A DNA stretch of 64,000 bases, taken from NCBI GenBank assembly GCA_977030845.1, contig OZ365110.1, positions 16,306,001 to 16,370,000 on the forward strand, written 5' to 3'. This document shows, piece by piece, positions 1-14,200 of the stretch (positions are counted from its first letter, which is position 1; each line of letters begins with the position of its first letter). The stretch comes from Fimbriosthenelais zetlandica (lineage: Eukaryota). The notes under the pieces are model-generated. The model was not told where the DNA came from and did not search any database. It was given only the letters and a program-made list of their open reading frames with translations. Made by a program: the position numbers and the translations under genes.

Positions 1-3000
1 TGCCAGGAAATCCAGTAACTGGCTAATAAACCAATAATAGAAATACTGACTGCAAACTTGCAAGGCATTGTTCAAGCAAGCCTGATGAGATCGTAAAGAT
101 CAGCATTCACCGAGTAGGCCTAGTCTATAACCTCTACAATTGGGACGATAAGCACTCCATCAGTGGCCCATGGCTGAAGCTGTTAAAATGGCTTATGAGA
201 TATTCAACGGACTTGATATCTCTCGATTGTATGGCAATAAATGCAATGATCATGATCGTCTCGAGCTATAATGCATATTAAAGACACCGATTCAAAGATA
301 CAGATTCATTCACATCGTGTTATAAATAACGACTAAGGCCCTAACATGAAAATAAATAAGATGGCGATATTGGAACTGAAAAAAAACAACTGCAAAAGAC
401 TGCCTCTATAAAAAGCAGATTTCTTAACTAAAAGGAAAGTTCATTCTGGCACTGAAAGCGAATCATGTCCTGAGTGGCTTCGCTTCTTTTAAGTACCCTC
501 CATGCACCAGTTTCCTTTCACTCTTTCCACTCTGCTCACATTTCCTTCATGCTTTGCTGATTGGGGACTATTTCCACTGTCTTCCTCCACTAGAGCCAAA
601 TGATTTGTCAATGATGTGGACTGACGCTGGATGGCATCTCAGAGGAAACCACACATCCTTTGAACGTGTCTTTGCCTCCACCAAACTTAAAACCCATAAA
701 CCTCTCCTCTCCTCAGGCCGGCCACTGAATCATTCAGAAACTTGAAAGGACAGACCAAAGTGAACATCCTATCCGGGTCTCTGGTATCAGACGCACTGCC
801 ACATCTTAAAGTACAGGGGTATCTACCTTATATTTACATTATGCATGACCTGGCAAGCTTCGCTAAACATTTTAACTAAGTTGAAACTCGTGTGATAATG
901 TGTGATGCCTACATAATATCTTCTCAAATTTATGCATCGCTTGAAGACGAGACCTACACGATAAATATACCATTCCGGAAGTATTGCTGCTGAAAGTTGT
1001 TATAGGCTCGAAAAACAATTTCCCTGATGGTCTTGGCTATATCCCGAAATCTCAAATTTATAGCCAAATCTCGAGCTATATAGCCGGAGACCTGCTCCCT
1101 TAAGACCAATTACGTTGCACCTCACAGGTGCTCTACGAAGCTTAACAAATCTGCAAAATTCACAAGATGCCAAATCTGAAATTCAATTAACTGATTGATA
1201 GACTTTTTTTCATCACATATGAATGAGGAAGATGTGATCAAGAGCCTTGTGTAAAGCACATCTAATTAATAACCTGAGGAGATCGTCACTTTGGTCTGAA
1301 TAGAGTGGCGGGAAGTGACGGCATAATGTGAGGCAATTCAATAGAGCTGCTCTCTGGAGAGATGACACTTGGAGAGTGACTCGGACTAAGTTGGCTGTAT
1401 TGGTCAGGATGAGCCTTGATGGATGTCCCTGCCATGTGCCCCATGGCTCTCAATCTGGGGGCACGAGGGGCCATGATAAAAGCTAGGCATTCAAAGGGAA
1501 TCCCTCGTCCATTTATCCAGACCCAGACCGCACTTTGAGCATCTCAGCTCCTCATGGATGTTGCAACGTCTCGCAGTTGGCTGAATGGCTGTCCAATTTT
1601 CACTTTCTCCATATGGAGTAGGAATGTGCCCCAACTGGCCGATACATTGCTGACTCGGCTGGCCGCATAATCCATTCGTCCACTGGTAGTGAGAATGGAC
1701 AATATTTCAAAGTGACTCAGAGGAGTTGTTTGGTAATTCACATGGTGAATACCTGGCATGAGATTTCTACTTCTCTCGTTTCTAAGGATTCTCACGAGGC
1801 CTGGTACAAGGTACAAATGAAAGGATTACCTATTTGTACCGAATCATGTTGCCCTTGAGAAGGCAGCCTTTTTGTGGAGCTCTGAGACACACACAAGGTA
1901 TCCATGCATGGGATAATGTTCAACATCAAAGTCCACAAAGTGAGTGATGAGTTCGCTCCATAACAATTCTCAGATTCCTAGTTTCCATCTCCTCTTAAAA
2001 GAAATGGAATTATGCGCCTACTTTCAAGCACTTTCTGTCTTAGAGGAGGAAACTTTCATAAAGTGTCCACGAGTAGGTTTCCTTACATGTATGATTCAAT
2101 CCAAGACAGAAAGAGCGATGTGCATTTTTTATAGTCGTTCACTGCAATTTCCCATGAAAATAAAACGCATGCTCCAGAATAATATCCAGAAGTAAACATC
2201 AAGGATATGAAGGTATATATTCTGGATATTGCAGACTAAACGAAACGATTGAGAAAATTTGGCCCAATGTTCATGGCATATGGATTTTTTTAGCTACAGG
2301 AAATGCTTGCAACTCTGTGGGCAGACCATGAGGGAAATGTTGTTAAAGTTCAGTCCGGCGGAATGATTGTCGTCCAGTAAATGCCCACGGCCAGATAGAA
2401 GCCGCCACCACAGGCATTGATGGCAAAACTTTGAATGTGGAAGACTTCTTGTTGGCATGAATGGCTGAGCATAAGGGAACAGGTTTTTATCAATGGCTGG
2501 CGGTTCAAGTCTTTTGTGTATTGAGCACTTGAGTGGAGATAAGAGGGTCATTGTATGGAACACTCAATGGTTTATAACGGGGTTCCCCAATCCAACTACC
2601 CATCAGTATGGTGAGGTGGTCTAATGAGCCAACCTCGAACCGATAAACATTCATTCCTCTTTCTTAAGGTAACAGACACAGGACATTCACTCTATATGAC
2701 GTCTATAGCTAGTTTTGTTTAATATGCTATTTCAAACTACTGAAGGCGAACGTCATGTATATTTTGTTAAAAAGCTCGGGCAGCATTCAGAATACCTGTC
2801 ATCAAGACGACCAAGGTAACTAACCACAACCTTGTGCCTCCTGAATAAATAGAGATTTCCCAATAACTACGAAAGCAGAATAATGAACAAAATAGTAATC
2901 AGGTTGCAGGGTGCATGGTTTTGGCAGATATATTCAAATTAGATTGGCCAATTTTTAAGTTATGGGTTATATTTAACACAGACAAGGAAGACAAGGAAGC

Positions 3001-3789
3001 TACTCCATATTGTATTGAGGCCCTAATAGTGTGAAGTGTGACATGGTCAGAGCATATACTTTATCACCCTGAGCCTTTCAAGAGTACTGGGCCAGCCCGG
3101 GAATGGAAAACAGAGAGCCCGAAGCCCGGGTCAGCTCCACCTGTCAAGTTGTGACAGTAGTGGCTGTAGTCAGGTCACAGAACCTCTGACCCAGACAAGA
3201 CCTTGACAATACCACCCCCTGCACCGGTAGGCCTTAAGCTCCGACAAAATACCACTTGCATAGTACAGATTGCCCAGATTGTTCCAGGGTAAATCGACGA
3301 TTCTAAACAATTAGATTCGATAAATCCAGTTTATAGCTACTTATATATTATCTTTAAATGACGCTCAAGCCTAGGCAATGACAGCAAGGAGCCGCAAAAA
3401 CATGCCTTAGTGGCCACAGCGGCAGTTATTTGTAAAAGTGTCCAGTTGATCAAAAGTCAGAGATTAACTCAGATTTAGGCAGAAAGGTTTCTTGCCAATT
3501 AAGTATCCCTTATAGCAATACTTAGATCAAGTTTGTCAGTCTGTGAAGAAGGAACTAGGTACGAGGAGCTGATATGGAAATGTTGACTGAGAGAACAGGA
3601 CCATTTCATGTCAGATGCCCTGACAATACACAACCAAACCTCTGACCAATATCCCTTATCTCTCAATACACAAGATCCTCCTGAGATGGTATGAATGGTC
3701 ATGGCAGGAACCTGTATATTCCTGCTGGAATTTAATCAGTTCTTCCCAGTCTGACAGAAGCTCAACAATCAACAATACTGCCTTCCCAT

Positions 3790-4615
3790 ATTCAGGGCCA
3801 TACACACGGGCCATGTTGTGACCTCCAATATGGAATTCAGGTCCTAAAATATTCCACATTCTAAGCCAATTTCTGCCTTGTATATTGGCACTGGATTAGG
3901 ACCCTATTGGTCAATTTGCGTGATTTGTGAAGCAATGCAAATTGATTGATGGCCCTGGCTGAAAACCAATTGGAGTGGAATACAAAGTGCCTTGTGTTCA
4001 TCGTTTTCTTTTGTCGCCTTCCAGTGTCAGTATTCAAAGCAGACCATGTACAGTTGTCAGGATGGACTGACATATTGACTGATGACTGATGTACAAACCT
4101 GAGTGTGAAGTACAATCACAAATCTTTGGCGGTCATTTGCATTGTAACCTATGCCAACAAATAGTGTAGGTTGCCAAATAATCCTGTAGTTTTTCAATAT
4201 TATTCTAGTAGCTCACGTGACTATACCTTGCAGATAATATAAATCGCATCTCAAGTGTTGGCCTGACCCTTTTGAAAGTAGGGCATACCCGGATATGATG
4301 GGCTGCAAGTAAAATGCTCAGCCCAGCAATTGCGATGATTTATAAGGCATATCTCCACAGCTACACAATGCATGTGCCACATTAAACTTCATCAGGCGTT
4401 ATCCAGATCTCCTGCAATGCTTGCCTTAAAAGCAATAGTAGAATTGCCCTCATCATTCCAATGGCTCTCTGTCTTGTTTTATGACCCAAAATAATTTAGT
4501 GAAGGAGAAAAAGGCATTGAGATTTTGCCCACTTCATGCATTATCATCCATAAAGCCATATGTTGATGGTGACTCCATCTGGCGGGTGCATAATGCCCCC
4601 AGAGGCTAGCCTCTA
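3790..4615 (-). mobile_element. Possible decayed DIRS/Ngaro-type (tyrosine recombinase) retrotransposon remnant
   Basis: Minus strand in order: EASLWG (4596-4613; cf. DASxxGWG), ARWS then frameshifted (H)IN (~4559-4580), LWRYA...ILLAAH-HI(P)G (4287-4297, one-base frameshift), FHIGG (3821-3835; cf. YR HSFRIGAA). The RNase H-to-YR distance is shorter than expected, so deletions must be assumed. Confidence 0.45.
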
Positions 4616-5206
4616 ACACTAGAGGGCAGCAGATATCATGACCTGCGAGCTTGGGGAGGCTTATCTTGCCACTGCAGTCGGAGTCGACGGTCACACCCGA
4701 GCAGCGATCACACATAGTCTATGATGGCTTGCTGATTACACTCCTGCTGCTGCCCTCTCCCCAACCCATGGGACACTAACACAGACACCCTGGTGGTGAC
4801 CTCACTCACAAGTGAAAGGCTTGGTAATATCTAAAGCATCCGGACAGAACTAGAAGAATTTCCATTACTTTTATCATTCTCTTAACCTATAAAACTTTTT
4901 AGGTAACATCATATTCTGGTTCATCTTGTGCACTTGAAGGCCAAACAATGTACAGCAATGAAATAACCAAACTCCGATAATCAATAGCCGCTGATACTAA
5001 AAGTTTAAAAAAAACAAAAACCTGTGTAGACAATTGATTTATCTGAACCCAGTGGCTTGTTGGACTAACAACTTTCAGAGTCAATTGGTTCAGAAAACGA
5101 GGCTATAACCTCTCCATAGAGTATGCAGTGATGTGTAGCACAGTGGGGAAATCACGATAAGAATACCTCATCTAACTCTGTTGAGATTTTTAGATAGAAA
5201 GTCTTT

Positions 5207-5221
5207 GAGAGAGAGAGAGAG
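5207..5221. repeat. (GA)7 microsatellite
   Basis: gagagagagagagag seen directly. Confidence 0.85.
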
Positions 5222-8200
5222 CGCTCGGCATTTGGAGCGTGGTCATCTCTTATACAAAAGATCCACCGGGATGTTCCAACCATCTATGTATATGTCTGGA
5301 TCACATTCCAGCTTCTGTCTCTATGGACAGGGGCATATCATCCGAGCCCTGTTGAAATAGTGTATTGGTCATCTCCCTTCAGGGAGTAATATCATTTAGA
5401 AGTGCAGACAGGGCCACGGAGTAAACCTCTGAGGGACTATCTAAGGACAATGGACATTTGATGTGGTATTCCCCTGACCTAGGCAATCATCATTCTGGGA
5501 CAATAGCTCATTGTGATGAATGATTACCTTATACGGCACTGGTGACACAATGACACCCTGGAGAGGGGCACAGACTACTCCCCTGACACTGTGTCATTGA
5601 TGGCTGTATACTGCCATTCCTAAGTACGTAGAATAGATTTCCCTCATTGCAAAGCCCTGCAGGCTCATGCCATACTGCTCTTTCTCGTTCCTATTAGATT
5701 TTTTTGACTTCAATAATAGGCCTCGTGAAATTTAACATTCCATTCCAATGAAGTGAGTCCATAGAGACTCATATATGTAGAAAATAGACACAAGAAGTGG
5801 GTAAATAATGACATGAGAGATTCCTCCTTCACAGCAAATAGGAGAGCATCCTAGGGAATTAATTGCACCTCAGGCAGCCATCTTGAGTTTTTGTGCCATA
5901 AATTTCACACCATTCACGCTCAATGGCTGATGGGGATCTGCTACTAGTCTCATCAGGCAGCACCTGTGGGACAACACTGAAACTAACCACAAGACTCACA
6001 AGATTCACATTTAAAGTAAACGAAAAGGAAACTTCATCATCCTAAAGCTCGGACTCTATGACGACTAAAGAACCAGGCCAACTTGGATGTCAATTGGTGT
6101 CACTTTATCAACACTGGACCCATGATGGTGGCTGACAGGAAGGACTGAGCCGCCTACAATGTATGCGCATGCGGCATCGCATCTGACAAATCTGTGAGCA
6201 GAGGCCACTTGTTTTGACAGAAGAGGAAGGCCTGGCTGGAAGCCTCACAGAATATGACTCCATTGTGTCTGCCCTGTGGTGGGTTGGGAGATTATTCCGA
6301 TGGATATATGCTCCTATAAAACACGTAAAACGTGAAAAATAATCATTGAAGGGGACATATATAGCTTAGTTTTTAATGATACTATGTCATTCTAGCTCAA
6401 TATATATAATAGGTCTGCCATGTAGGATGAACGATGCCTAAATATGTATTGCCCTCACAAAACAATAAAAGGCATATTCCGTCTATCCGAATCATAACAG
6501 ATGGAGCTATCAAAGCAACAGAGTGGAAGCAGTCAGAAGTCTTCTAATCCCATTGCTACAAGACATGAACGTCAAAATTTGAGCTTGTGTAAAACTTTTT
6601 AGCTCATCTGGCACAGGTCGACATTCCAGAACAGGATTGAACGAAGCCAGCCGTCAGTAGTTTGTATAGGCAGTTAGGCAAGCAATAAGAACTAGGTGAA
6701 GTTGGTATGTTTGGTATGTCAGTGAGTCACTGTCAACTCTTGTCAGTTCATTGAACATGAAAGGTGAACATAGATACACAACTGGTACATCGCTCTACCG
6801 TGGTAAGGGTGCGCTATGAGCAGCAACTGACTTGCTTAAGATTAGGTTTGCCATGATGCATGAGTAGAATAAGAAACCAATCCTATCATCCTACTTATTA
6901 TTCCACAAGTGCTGGCCAGATCAAACCAAGACCTAATTTGTAACCTAATGCATAATGCAGAGTCAAGAAGCCCGCTTCACCCAGTCGTCCACCGTTCCAC
7001 CACACTGTTGGAATCGAGTTAACCTGGGTAGGGCATGCAAGACATTGCCCACCATGTGAGTCTGGGGGCTGCCGCAAATAAAATTCATTGCTGCCTCTAT
7101 AAAGTCCTAACTCAATTTCCTCACCTTCTGAGTTAACATCTGACTTGGGCTTGACCGGAAACATTGGTAATGTTATAGAATATTCTGCGATGGGATATCC
7201 AACAGTGAATGTCGTTTCTGGGAACAGATCTGGGCCATGCGAAGGATAATTCAGCTCCATCGAGCCCAATTAAATTGTTGTCCGGAAAATTCAGATAAAT
7301 CTAGAGAATATGGATGGAATGTAAATCATGAAAGCATATCATCAGAAGGCTATGTGTAAAATTCACAATTCTGAATCTATATTTATCTTCTCAGATGTGA
7401 GAAAGATATGAGCATATTTATCATGCAGATAGCATTTTGTTCTATAAACAACCTTCTCCAGCACAGACAGGACTTTATCAGTAATGATTGCTAGGGCTCA
7501 TATAATTACACATCCTTCCACGCAGTCAAGGTTTCTCTTTTACTGACGACACAAAACAACCAATAACCTCCTTCATTCGAGAGGAGTCAGCAGTAAAAAG
7601 CAATACTCTAAATAAAATGGACCTGTGGATGGGACCCCAGAGGAGAAAATCCCTCCCCATGGCTAATAGAGGAGGGCTGAGTAGTGGGCTATGAAGAGCT
7701 AATGGAGGCATTTTACACCTTTATAATGAAATGATTACCATGTGAAATGGTGGTATATTGATGCAGGAAGCTCATACTGAGAGGCTATTTAATTTGGCTT
7801 ATAAAGTGTTCAAGGTAATGTCCATAGTATGGAGACGTCGTCAACCTGTTGATCCTGTTACTAATACTAAAATAGGTTCATTTGTATGAACAAAGCAAAT
7901 AAATAGCAAGCCCAGCTCTAATGCTGAGGAATATTATTCTAGACTTTCAGCTACTGAATCAGAAGTCATCAGATCAGGGTGTTTCAGAGCGGTCTAATCA
8001 AAATGGTATAATTAAAGGAGAATTCTATTATCTGAATGTATTAAGGGTTTGGCACATGCATCAGTCGTACATCACTCATATGAGAGGCTCTCAGCCACTG
8101 AGGTTGTGGGACGTCAGAAAGTTTAGAGAAGAACGAGAGATAATGTCCCGATTGCTCTTAATGTTCTCTATCATGGGTTGAGAGGACATTGACCTGGAAG

Positions 8201-11200
8201 CTCACAGATCCCATGTCAAGATTACGATAATTGAAGATTGCAACACTTACTTAATGAGTACAAGGGTTAGTATTATGGTTTATTTTAATGCATATTTATA
8301 TACCTAATATACTTTTAAAGATTCAGGGAAATAGTAGACCTGTTCGAAGAAATTGCAGACAGAAATTATCGAAATTGAAGGGTGCAGATTGGTGCAGATT
8401 GCGAACTAGTCTGAATTCAGATTATGTATTTTCAAGGTTTGGGATGAGCTGAGGAAAGCAGATGTGCATCTTAAGGCAGGACTGGGTCAACCAAGGTTGA
8501 ATCAAGGCAGCAATGGGAGCGATAATGTGTGATTTACAATGCATTTACCCAAGGGAATAAACCCTCTGGGACAGGGCCTTGGGCTAGTGTGGGAGTGGAT
8601 GGGGTGTAGGGTGGAGGGATGGCTGGAAGACTTGTCTAATGCATGGTCAGGTTGCCATGATTAGTAGTAGTGTATGGTAAGGAAGTATAGCATGATGAAT
8701 CATTGCAATGATACTCTCTGATTGTGGCACCACCACATGGCTGCATTAATAATCCTCGGGGGAACACAACTCTGCTATGTAGCTGGGTTTTTTTCCCAGA
8801 ACCTTGTCATGTACCACAATGCAACCTGTCACAAAGGAATATCAAAAATCTAGGCCAGATCACTGCTCGCAGGCATCATTTACCAAGCCGCAGCAGTGTT
8901 CAATGGTTTACCATATTGATGGGACCCTGCCCAATGATGTGACTTGCCCAGTGAACCATGTTATAGGCTGTACCCAATTTACAATAACCTCATACATCAA
9001 GTAATAGCTGCCGGCTATTAATACATTTACATCAAGTTATTCCATGGCGTAAAGGAACATAGATAACAAAAGTTCACAATCGGTGACATGAGTGGCAGAT
9101 CGATAAATCGTGCATCATTTCCTCTTTTTGACTAATGAATACCCATAGTCACATGGAAGTCTTGATGCTTGGCTTCTTCCCCTCAAGGGTAGTGATTTAG
9201 GAGCACTAAATATCAAAGCACCGAGGCGATGGGGGAACTACAGCCGTTCCCCCTCGGCCTACAAATGGATGTAATTTGATAAAGAGAGCCTCTATGCTCG
9301 GAGAAAATGGTGCAATTTAGCGCCATTGTGTGGCTGGCCTTTGGGCCAAATAAGTCTCATCTACAACTCTAATTTGATTCTATTTCAATTCCTGGAAAAA
9401 CCATCTTTCATGAGGCACATACATATAAATTTAATAAATGTCTGGCCTGGCCACATGACATCATTTTCACATTTGCTTCCATGGGTGAAGAAAATAGTCC
9501 AGGGGCCCTGAGAGTACAGTATGTAGTTCATAAAAGTCAAAAGTTCAACTAGCATTGCTTCCCTGACTAATGTCTGTTGAGGTAGAAATTGATGGACAAT
9601 TTGCAGCATTACAGGACAGCCAGGCAGGGTTAGAGATCTCAGGAGGGTGTAATTCTCCCCAAAGATGGAGCGACTAATTTACAGTCAATGGTATGGATGC
9701 GGAATATTGTAGATTTTACAGCCATTACATGGGGTAGGGGTCCGAGAGGAGGGCAGCCTGAAACATTAACAACCCACGATCTTTTTTTTTGGATGTTGTT
9801 TTCAAGGAAATTTACAGCTCTAACAAGAATAGTATTTCGAGAGAAACTTCTGCAATATATCTTTCACCAATTTCATTCTTTTGGTACTTAATGACCAAGT
9901 TATCGAAGTTAGTAGCCCTGGCTAAGTTGAAGAAAAACCAAGCAAGTGAACTACATTCCTTTGAGCTGCACGAGACCACGGCCATTAAAGGCAATATAGT
10001 ACCAAAGTTAGTATCGACGGTCGACTGGTATTAATGAAATCATACTGCCAGACAATCTCATCCAATTTAGAGATGCAAACAAGCATCGTTTGTGATGGCT
10101 AGTGGAGGGACATTGTTAGGGTGTCAGGCCTGGGTTCTTATAATCGATGGTACCATTAAGGGGGAATCAATGCTAACTGTACTGATGGAGACCCAGATAA
10201 AGTTAGTCATGAAAGACGACTATTGTACTCCAGAAATGTTGCTGTTTGAGGTGAGCGACCTGCTCACACCAAAATACACCTCAAGATCATATATATGTCC
10301 AGCACTCAGAAACAATGGTCACTGAAGAAATAACCTTATTATTAACCTTATTGGAAGATCGGGCCTAGGTCTGAACAGACTTGTCATATTTTTTTGCATG
10401 CAAAGATAGCCTTGTTTTTTTCCTCTTTTAATTACATACATATCACATGTCTTGTTATTTTTTACGTGCTGTTTTTGTATTGTATATGCCTCCTGACTAA
10501 ATAAAGATTATATAAAACAAATTTAGGCATTAGCCTTCCACTAATCCGTATGCCATTATATTCAAAGAAATTAATTAATTTTGAGAATCTAACATCTTCA
10601 GTCTAATTGCACATTCCTGAGATTTTATAAGATGAGGGTGTCTTAAATTAATGCTTAATTCAAAGGAAAATTTACCATCTATAGATCTATATACATCAGC
10701 GTGATATTTACTTAGCAATTACTTATTCAAACAGCATGTTTTAAGTACTTGGATTATGATTGATTATCTTGGACGAACTAGGCCATTTTTAATATGCGTC
10801 AATGTGCCAACTGCCGAAGAAAGTCAACAGCCGAACGGACCTTAACTCATTCTTTCTTTTTTTACTCTGGGTAGACTCCTTTCAGAAAATCCCAAGCTTC
10901 CTTTTTTTGACCTGCTGACTTTTCATGTGGTCGACCTGATGAACGTCAGAAGTGCCGCATTCAACCAAGAATGAAGCTGTCATGGCACTTCCTGAGTGGC
11001 TCAGACAGCATGAGCAGCCCATGCTTTAAGCTCAGGAGGCACGCAGGCGACACCCATCAGTCCTAATCTAGAGAAAATCCATTCAAAGCAAGCTTTACAA
11101 ACACAGCTAAGGTCTCTCTCAGATGATGTCATTATTCTCCACAAATCCACATTCTGTGTATCAGAAAACTGAATCAGACCTATGAAAGAATTATTGCTCT

Positions 11201-14200
11201 TCATAATCCATCAAATTGAAAACACTCTTCTCCAGGGAATAGAGTACAAGCATCAACTGGAAAAATCTGTGGCATTCAAAACAATAGCGTCAGAAAAATA
11301 ACCCAGAGACATGAAACTTCAAAAGGGACTTCAATAACAAAGCCTTATTTATGACCATCGGTGAAATTCAATAAAAATCCAAAATGCTTGTAATTCATTA
11401 CGTCTTTGGCAGAGCATTGTTTTCACAGAAATCAAATGATTGCAGCAAAATATTATAGTCACGAGATGCTAAATCCTTGCTCAAAATGTAGTTGAAGGCA
11501 AAGATTTAAGGTCAAAGGCTTGGAAGACGGTGGTGAGAAATCTGAACAAAGGCCAGGGCAGAAATGTCATCTTCCATCTGACCAGGCTAGGGGAAACCCG
11601 ACTCTGGCCTTTGAATTCTATGTCCCCAGAGCAGAGACAGTGCCTGCCTTTCCTTAAGCTGACAGATGACAGTGACTGAGAAACTTTTGGTGATTGCCAG
11701 TCAGAACTCAAGATGAATTACTGTGATAATTATACACACAGACCCTGCTAAAACCCATGGCACGATGATGCATGCCCTGGCTTCAGTGTCTCCGGTGTGC
11801 ATCATAAAGGCAGGTTTTCTGGGTTGCTCGTGATGATCCATCTCCGTCCATGTTGGTACTGTTGGCAGTGCCATATGTAGAGGCATCATCCTCGTGCCTC
11901 TATACCTCTTCCTCACTCAGGGCTACAGAGAGGTCCCTGCGGCAACCACCAACTGAGGTCAGCTTTGATCTGCGCTTCACTCCTATGTAGAATCCATGGG
12001 AACCTCTCAAGGGGAGGCCTGGGTCACATATGGATCACAGTCATCAAAAGCTCTGTCACTACCAGCTCTTCCCAGTCCTCCCTAGATACTATTAGATCAG
12101 CTATGGATGCAGGTGAGCATGTGATAATGAGGTTGAAGGTCAAACAAGCCATCACATAATGCCTTTGTTATGGGAATCTTTGAGGTGGGCAGGGTTTGTG
12201 CGTGAACTGTGTAGGCTTGTGATATTGGGGTACAATAGCCTCTGGCTATTCATGTGGAGAATCCACAGATGTTACCAGGAAATGCATATGCTTCTATCAA
12301 ACACATATCAGGTGACAGTTCACAGGGAATCCAAACGTATATGACATGACAGGTAACACAAAGGCAGCCGTGCTCGACTGATGTACAAAGTGTCAGGTTT
12401 TGTAATATGCAGTCTTGGGGCCAGACATTCTCACTTATTTCCACAGTTCTGGGATCGTTTCCATACATAATTGATCGGGTGTTGATGGTTGTCACGATTT
12501 CACAACCGACTCTTTTTTTCCCGATATTCGATCTCTGAATATTCTACTGGTGGCATACAAACTTTGCTGTCACTTCTCCTTTGGGAGGGCAGGAGAGAAG
12601 GAGTTGGATCTGATATGGGATCTGCAGCAAGGATGGTATATCTTCTTGCTTGTGGATCAATACTTTCACAACAACTTTACACTCATCGATCAATGCCGAC
12701 ACGACATCCGAGAAATGGGCCTTTTGTGATTCAGTCCACGATGTCACAATGCCCTGTCTGGTTTCCTAACGAGTTCACCACCCCGAGAGACTTCATGCTG
12801 AGGTCCAGTGCCCGGACCTCAGCTATCTCCTTGAAGCGAGTACCCAAAGGAGAATCCCTCCATTTAAAACCATTAATACGTTGGACTGAATAGTAATGGA
12901 TGGACCTAAGACCGCTTCCAATATTCTTCCACCTAACTGGTCAAACACAAAAGGGAATGAGCTCAATATATGTACAAGTTTTATATTGATAAATATCTTA
13001 AGCCCAATGCTTTTCTCAAAAGGAATCACAAATATGATGGATAAGCTCAATATTGATATGTGAGATTGAATCTCAAGTAGGGCTTGGTTAGGAGCCCAAA
13101 GACAGGACAGGAATGGAGACGTTTTAGGGCACTAAAAATCCTGAAGATACGGAAGCTTTTGGGGAAGCCAATTATAATGGTTCTTCAGAGAAGAATCTCA
13201 GTAGAGTAAGATGGTAAGCCATCATATTTCATACTTGGCTAGATTCATCTGTATGGTAAGCAGGCCAATAAAGGAATGGGAGGATAATAGGCGAAGATAT
13301 CAAGTTAGGAACAAAAAGGCAAAGCAGATAATGAGTAGAACCCAACCCCATTGTCAAGGAGATTCCAAAGCTTTGGTTTCAGAAATCTACACAACACATT
13401 ATATTTGAATTTGTATAGAACCAGGCAATGTACCAGGGACCACGCTCCTGGCTGATTTTAAAATCAGAACAATGCAAATTACAAAATTATTTAAATCTGA
13501 GAGCACTGCTGATTTCTAAAGCTGCAGTCACTTGATACAGATATGAGGGCTGTTTTGGCAGGCCTGGGGAATGTTTAATTGTAGATGAATAGATGATCAG
13601 GTTAAAATGGACCCGAGGGAGGTTTCTACCATCCCCAGAGGCACTGAGATGGATGGTAATGATTATCAGAATCAATTATTCAAAGATGGCTGCCACTGGG
13701 TTTTAAATAAACCTGGTGAGAAAACAAACTAGAAGGGAGTGTTATCTCATTTGCGTTTAAATTTGACAATTCCAATTCAAGGTATTGTGCACTTGGTGTC
13801 GATGGAAACAAGCATTACCCACATCCTAAATACACAGAAACTATGGAGCAGAAGGAAGGGTGTGAGCTATTTGACTAAAAATCTTATGCTCACATTAGTT
13901 GCAATACATCATATTGCCACTGTAGCTGGGTGCCATTTACTCTGTGCTGTTTGCAAGTACCATGACAAAGTCACGCACCGAGCTGATATTCATTTTGGAA
14001 CTGGTTAATTTATGGCTTGGGAGAAAGGGTGTCCCCGGAAGAATGATTTTCAATTAGTGATGTACTTATTTGTCATGCTGGTGTAATTATGTTCACAATA
14101 GGCCAACTGGAATCAACTCTGCTTTTCGCGCCTTATTTTCGGGAGGAGGGTCTGATGAATGGGCCTGTTACTGTCAGGGCAAACAATACTTCTTCTCCAG

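Noticed and set aside
6898-7269. 123-aa ORF with GYP motif (Harbinger transposase-like?)
   Set aside because: Only GYP matches; no D before it and no downstream R..VE..FG.LK motif.
11480-11600. MEDD after a possible acceptor, as a MGAT1 EDD exon
   Set aside because: Flanking residues do not match MGAT1 and the frame stops without a donor.
12489-12893. 134-aa ORF and the overlapping minus-strand frame
   Set aside because: No recognisable domain or convincing splice boundaries; consistent with chance or a decayed TE.
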